Assembly: GCA_048882045.1 (NCBI GenBank)
Contig: JBHLRZ010000015.1
Coordinates: 12,540 to 76,539 of the forward strand
Source of the DNA: Candidatus Thorarchaeota archaeon
GTDB lineage: Archaea > Asgardarchaeota > Thorarchaeia > Thorarchaeales > Thorarchaeaceae
Direction of reading: 5' to 3'
Length of the DNA: 64,000 nucleotides
The position numbers were made by a program, and so were the translations under genes. Positions 59,317 through 64,000 of this stretch are shown piece after piece. A model generated the notes under the pieces. The model saw only the letters and a list, made by a program, of their open reading frames with translations, had not been told where the DNA came from and made no database searches. Numbering within the stretch: position 1 is the first letter of the stretch; the number at the start of each line of letters is the position of its first letter.

Positions 59317-60210
59317 TCAGGAGAGCTGAGCAGCATATGCAGCTACAACATTCTTCAAGAGCATGGCAATAGTCATGGGTCCAACGCCACCAGGTACTGG
59401 TGTGATGCATAACGCCTTTTCTTTGATTTTGTCAAAATCTGCATCTCCATGGGGAGTCGACACATCAATCACCACTGAGTCCTTCTTCACCATCTCTTCG
59501 GTGATGAAAAAGGGGTCTTTCTCACTGGTACGTCGACCAATTGCAGTAACCAGTACATCAGCCTGTTTTGTAAACGAAGCTAGGTTTTTTGTCCGAGAGT
59601 GACAGACTGTCACCGTCGCGTTTCTGTTCAAGAGAAGCATGATGAGTGGTTTGCCAACGATATTAGACCGATTGATGATGACAGCATGCTTACCGGATAG
59701 GTCATTCCAACCAATCCGATCAAGGATTGTGACAATACCATGAGGTGTCGCTGCGCTGAGATTCTCCTCTCCGTAGAATAACCGGTATACGTTTGTTGGA
59801 GAAAAGCCATCAACATCCTTCAGAGGATCAATCGCTCCTATAATCGTCTTCTCATCAATGTGGTTGGGAAGAGGTAGTTGAACAAGGATTCCATGGACTC
59901 TTTTGTCATCATTGAGTTTGGTGAGTAGCCTGAGAAGTTCCTTCTGAGTGGTGGATTCAGGCAAGTCATAGTTTTCAGACAGGATACCAGCTTTGTTTGA
60001 TGCCTTGTGTTTCATTTTGACGTACATCTTAGAGCCGGGATCATCACCGACAATGATTGTAACCAGTTTGGGAGGAACTTTATGTTTCTTAACGAGTTCT
60101 TCGACCTCAGCTTGGACTTCATTCCTCAGACGGTTCGATAGTCTACGCCCCTTGATGACATGGTCATCACAGATTGGTTTCGGTTCATCTTCTTTAGACA
60201 TTTCAATCAC
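59317..60210 (-). CDS. folD: Methylenetetrahydrofolate dehydrogenase/cyclohydrolase
   Basis: YVKMK, GILVQLPLP, KDVDG, RSNIVGKP, TPVPGGVGPMT. Confidence 0.96.
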   Translation of the reverse strand: MIEMSKEDEPKPICDDHVIKGRRLSNRLRNEVQAEVEELVKKHKVPPKLVTIIVGDDPGSKMYVKMKHKASNKAGILSENYDLPESTTQKELLRLLTKLNDDKRVHGILVQLPLPNHIDEKTIIGAIDPLKDVDGFSPTNVYRLFYGEENLSAATPHGIVTILDRIGWNDLSGKHAVIINRSNIVGKPLIMLLLNRNATVTVCHSRTKNLASFTKQADVLVTAIGRRTSEKDPFFITEEMVKKDSVVIDVSTPHGDADFDKIKEKALCITPVPGGVGPMTIAMLLKNVVAAYAAQLS

Positions 60211-60214
60211 CTAG

Positions 60215-61816
60215 CTAGAAGACTCCACTGATGTTTCCATCATCATCGACATCCATTCCCAAGGCTGCTGGTTCCTCTGGGAGCCCAGGCATGAGATTGA
60301 TGTCGCCCATATATACTACGATGAATCCAGCACCACTACTTACATCAAGACCATTAACCTCGACGTCGAAGTGTGACGGTCGACACCTCAGACTTCTTGT
60401 GTCAGAGAGACTGAACTGGGTTTTAGCGACACATATAGGGAGATTTCCGAATCCTCGTTTTTCGTAAGAGCGAATTCTTCCACTAGCATCAGTTGTGTAG
60501 TCAACATCGTCAGCCCCGTAGATTTGTTGAGCTACTTTCAGAATCTTGGTCTTGATTGAATCCTTTAGGTCGTACGTATGGTTGATTCCCTTACTAGTAC
60601 GGTTGTCGATTGCTTCAATGACAGATTCAACTACAGCCTTTCCACCCTCACTACCCTTGGTGAAAACCTCTGATACCTCCATCCTCCAACCCTTGCTTTT
60701 ACAATACTGTCGGAGCAGGTCAATCTCTTCATCAGCATCGTCTGGAAATCGATTGAGTGCGACAACAGCTGGCACACCGAAGTTGTTGACGTTCTCTACA
60801 TGTTTTTCAAGATTCGGGAAACCTGCCTCAAGGTCATCACAGCCATGATACTTGAGTGCACGAATCGTAGTGACAACGACACAGGCATCAACATCGAAGT
60901 TTCCAGCTCTGGTCACTATATTAAAGAACTTCTCAGCGCCCAGGTCTGCTCCAAACCCGGCTTCTATCACAACGTAGTCGAACAGTTTCAAGGCAATATC
61001 TGTCGCAATGATTGAGCTGGTACCATGAGCAATGTTTGCAAAAGGACCAGTATGGATGATTGCGGGAGTTCCTTCCAGCGTTTGAACGAGGTTCGGTTTG
61101 AGTGCGTCGCGGAGAATCACAGCCATTGCCTTGTTTGCGCCGATGTCTCTCGCAAACATATCCTTGAGTTGCTCAGACCTTCCGACGAGGATGTTTCCCA
61201 AACGCTCTTTCAGTTCCTTATAGTCCATTGATAGACCTAAGATTGCCATGACCTCAGAAGCAGAAGTTATGACAAAACTGTCTTCTCTGGGGAATCCGTC
61301 AAACCTACCGCCTAGGCCTACGATCACTTTCCGGAGAGCTCTGTCGTTCATATCCAAATTTCGCGGCCAATAGGTTCTCCTGACATCGAGCTCGGGCTGC
61401 TTGTCGTGGTGAATATAGTTGTCAATCATGGCAGAGAGCAGATTACCTGCAGCTGATACAGCTGGAAAGTCACCAGTGAACATCAGATTGATCTGCTCAA
61501 AGGGGACCACACGTGATTTTCCACCACCTGCAGCTCCTCCCTTGATTCCGAAGACTGGACCCAATGAAGGTTGCCTCAAGGTGACAACGGCCTTGTGACC
61601 TAGAGCATTGAATGCCATTGAGAACCCAATGGAGTTGGTTGTCTTACCCTCTCCAGCAGGCGTAGGGTTTGTGGCTGTAACAAGGATAAGTTTTCCTTTC
61701 CGTTTACCAAGTTTGGTTCTTATGTTCAGATTGATCTTTGCCATATATTTACCATATATTTCCAAGTCCTCTTCGTCTATTCCTGCGTCTTTTGCAACAT
61801 CAACAATAGGTTTCAT
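60215..61816 (-). CDS. fhs: Formate-tetrahydrofolate ligase
   Basis: PTPAGEGKTT, GIKGGAAGGG, GPFANIAHG, EAGFGADLGAEKF, AKTQFSLSD, MPGLP. Confidence 0.97.
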   Translation of the reverse strand: MKPIVDVAKDAGIDEEDLEIYGKYMAKINLNIRTKLGKRKGKLILVTATNPTPAGEGKTTNSIGFSMAFNALGHKAVVTLRQPSLGPVFGIKGGAAGGGKSRVVPFEQINLMFTGDFPAVSAAGNLLSAMIDNYIHHDKQPELDVRRTYWPRNLDMNDRALRKVIVGLGGRFDGFPREDSFVITSASEVMAILGLSMDYKELKERLGNILVGRSEQLKDMFARDIGANKAMAVILRDALKPNLVQTLEGTPAIIHTGPFANIAHGTSSIIATDIALKLFDYVVIEAGFGADLGAEKFFNIVTRAGNFDVDACVVVTTIRALKYHGCDDLEAGFPNLEKHVENVNNFGVPAVVALNRFPDDADEEIDLLRQYCKSKGWRMEVSEVFTKGSEGGKAVVESVIEAIDNRTSKGINHTYDLKDSIKTKILKVAQQIYGADDVDYTTDASGRIRSYEKRGFGNLPICVAKTQFSLSDTRSLRCRPSHFDVEVNGLDVSSGAGFIVVYMGDINLMPGLPEEPAALGMDVDDDGNISGVF

Positions 61817-61946
61817 CGTATCTCCATCTCACCCATCAATTGTCGAACGAGGTCACAGTGTACCACATATTGATAAACCAAGCTCTATGGCAAGAACCCT
61901 TGCGCAGATTAGCATACTTAATTGATGATATGAGAAATTCTGAACC

Positions 61947-63128
61947 ATGAAGGTTCGAAGGACCCTAACCTTAGTCATCATGATAGTTCTTCTTTCTACT
62001 GGTTTTATTGGATTGTCTGAAGCTCAATCAGATAGACCTGTTCAGGTCTGGCCAACAAATGATTGGGCGACATCAACTCCAGAGGAGCAAGGAATGGACT
62101 CTGCAGTTCTTGCAGGAATCTATGATACTGTCAGGGATGCAGGTTCAAGTATTCGAAGTATGCTTGTTGTTCGGCATGGCTATCTGGTGGCTGAGGAGTA
62201 CTTCTATCCTATGCTCTATGATATCAACAGTACACACATAGTCTACTCAGTTACAAAGAGTGTAGTTTCATCCATGATTGGAATTGCTCTCGATAAGGGT
62301 TTCATAGACAACACGAGCCAATTACTCCTAGATTTCTTTCCAGACAGGATAATATCAAACATGAGTGCTTGGAAAGACGCAATAACGCTTGAAGATGTTC
62401 TACATATGAGGTCAGGATTCCAGTGGGATGAGGACAACTATGACGAATACAATGACTTCTTTGCTATGGAAGATTCGGACGACTGGGCTCAATACGTCCT
62501 CGATCGGCCTATGGCGTACGAACCAGGTTCAACATTCTACTACAACAGCGGCAATTCACACCTCCTCGCCACGATAATCAATGTCACCACCGGAATGACT
62601 CCGTTGGCGTTTGCAGACCAAAATCTGTTCGGGCCATTAGGCATCACAAACAGGCAGTGGTTGACAGACCCGCAGGGAGTGAATTTTGGTGGTTCTTCTC
62701 TTGCATTACGACCACGAGATATGGCGAAATTTGGTCTTCTGTTCCTGAATAATGGAACTTGGGATGGTCAGCAGATAGTTTCAGCGGATTGGGTCAATAG
62801 GTCAACTCATGGCCCAGCTACGCCATACGGAGGGACAAGTTATGGATTCCAGTGGTGGATTAACACTTATCAGAACTGGTATTCAGCGCGAGGGTATAAT
62901 GGTCAACTCATATACGTCGTTCCTGAACATGATGTTATCGTTGTCTTTTCCTCTGACAATACTGGAGGATGGGATTATGACCTGTGGGTGGGTCAAGTGA
63001 TCAATGCAATTACAAATAACTATCCTACATCAGGTGACCTTCCGCCAGACATTCCCTATATCCTCATAGGGGGATCTCTGCTTGCAGTCATTGCTGTCGG
63101 AGCCATTATTGCTCGTACTCGAAGATGA
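61947..63128 (+). CDS. Secreted, C-terminally anchored serine hydrolase (beta-lactamase/AmpC-like fold)
   Basis: Signal peptide, SVTK motif, FYYNSG, ARGYNGQ, C-terminal TM followed by RTRR. Confidence 0.88.
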   Translation: MKVRRTLTLVIMIVLLSTGFIGLSEAQSDRPVQVWPTNDWATSTPEEQGMDSAVLAGIYDTVRDAGSSIRSMLVVRHGYLVAEEYFYPMLYDINSTHIVYSVTKSVVSSMIGIALDKGFIDNTSQLLLDFFPDRIISNMSAWKDAITLEDVLHMRSGFQWDEDNYDEYNDFFAMEDSDDWAQYVLDRPMAYEPGSTFYYNSGNSHLLATIINVTTGMTPLAFADQNLFGPLGITNRQWLTDPQGVNFGGSSLALRPRDMAKFGLLFLNNGTWDGQQIVSADWVNRSTHGPATPYGGTSYGFQWWINTYQNWYSARGYNGQLIYVVPEHDVIVVFSSDNTGGWDYDLWVGQVINAITNNYPTSGDLPPDIPYILIGGSLLAVIAVGAIIARTRR

Positions 63129-63203
63129 TCGCAGTATTGTCCTCACTGCAACTCTCCAAAAGAACATAAGCCAGATTCACATTGCAGATTATGGTCGATT
63201 GTA

Positions 63204-64000
63204 ATGGAAAAACTCCCACTTGATGCACTGCCAGATGCATTACCCGATGCCATTGATGAGGAAAAGTATGTCATATGTACTTACTACGTTGGACTTCCAC
63301 CTTTCATGAATGCAAGAGAGTTGGCGCATGATGCAGCTGTTGAGCAGAGTACAGGTACTTGGACACTAGTGCCGGGTGAAACACCTGCTGTTAGGAGAAG
63401 ACATGTTGCGAAGGTCATTGGAGTCTATGAAGTTCCTCAGTACGAGTATAGCCTTCCCAAGGATCTTGAGCGAAGACAGTATATTATGCAGGTTGCATAT
63501 CCTTGGGAAAACTTTGGTCAACAGATCCCCATGCTACTCAGTACAGTTATCGGAAATATCTCACTCTATGGGAGAATCAAATGTCTGGACATGAAGTTCC
63601 CTAAATCTTGGTTGAAGGGATTCAAAGGACCAAAGTTTGGAATAAAGGGTCTCAGAAAGTTGTTGAACATAAAGAAGAGACCAATTCTCAATAACATGGT
63701 CAAGCCATGTGTCTATACCTCATGTGAAATGGGAGCAGATCTAGCATACGAGGCGGCTGCTGGCGGGGCTGACATCATCAAGGATGATGAGCTGCTTGCC
63801 AATCCTGACTTCAATACTCTAGAAAACAGAATTCCAGCATTTATGGAAGCACTAGACCGGGCGGACTCGGAGAAAGGCGAGGAAACAATCTTCACAGTCA
63901 ACATTACTGACAGCCTCCCCAAAATGTTTGAGAATGCAGAGAGGGCTGTTGAGCTAGGAGCAAATGGACTGATGATCAACTTTCTTGCTGTTGGATACTC
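63204..64000 (+). CDS. RuBisCO-like protein (form IV), truncated by the window end
   Basis: Missing from the ORF track because there is no stop in the window. Manual translation from ATG 63204 gives MEKLPLDALP...EQSTGTWT...GN...FKGPKFGI.GLR...MVKPCVY...GGADIIKDDELL. Confidence 0.9.
   Translation, partial: MEKLPLDALPDALPDAIDEEKYVICTYYVGLPPFMNARELAHDAAVEQSTGTWTLVPGETPAVRRRHVAKVIGVYEVPQYEYSLPKDLERRQYIMQVAYPWENFGQQIPMLLSTVIGNISLYGRIKCLDMKFPKSWLKGFKGPKFGIKGLRKLLNIKKRPILNNMVKPCVYTSCEMGADLAYEAAAGGADIIKDDELLANPDFNTLENRIPAFMEALDRADSEKGEETIFTVNITDSLPKMFENAERAVELGANGLMINFLAVGY

Noticed and set aside
61947-63128. Beta-lactamase as an antibiotic resistance gene
   Set aside because: The SxxK serine hydrolase fold is shared by esterases and peptidases, and archaea lack the beta-lactam target.
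63204-64000. CO2-fixing RuBisCO
   Set aside because: KPCVY instead of KPKxG and the EQSTGTW motif fit form IV RuBisCO-like proteins.
1-64000. tRNA, rRNA, selenoprotein (in-frame TGA) or transposase genes
   Set aside because: Intergenic gaps are short and none showed a cloverleaf. No recognised gene appeared broken at a Cys-equivalent TGA, and no transposase or integrase motifs were seen. This was by eye; tRNAscan and Infernal were not run.

Overview
Gene-dense archaeal chromosomal segment with about 50 CDS. I found no rRNA, tRNA, CRISPR array or mobile element. Two longin-fold proteins, a gelsolin-domain protein, an 'IDLSPL' LRR protein, a double Lrp/AsnC regulator, SCP2, a fused FTCD and a form IV RuBisCO-like protein point to an Asgard archaeon, most likely Thorarchaeia (inference). 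Housekeeping content includes nadB, the fhs-folD-ftcd folate C1 cluster, lplA, a GHMP kinase, pepD, AOR plus Fe-ADH and ABC exporters. Three things stand out. (1) At 41014-44292 a radical SAM/SPASM enzyme carries the motif set of PlpX-type tyramine-excising 'spliceases'. It is followed by two paralogous membrane-anchored proteins sharing a YxPGTxYG[ST]IxPxDF motif and by a methyltransferase-TPR protein, which makes this a candidate archaeal protein-splicing (beta-amino acid) RiPP-like system. (2) At 9409-24472 a 15-kb operon encodes an ABC-2 permease, an ATPase with tandem TrmB-like domains, a membrane subtilase with Site-1-protease-like architecture, a second ATPase and a ~2265-aa surface protein (propeller + Asp-rich Ca-binding repeats + TM + cytoplasmic Ig-like domain). 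(3) A GTTTG-N8-CAAAC operator occurs at two promoters 11 kb apart. All family calls come from motif recognition by eye; no database search was run.
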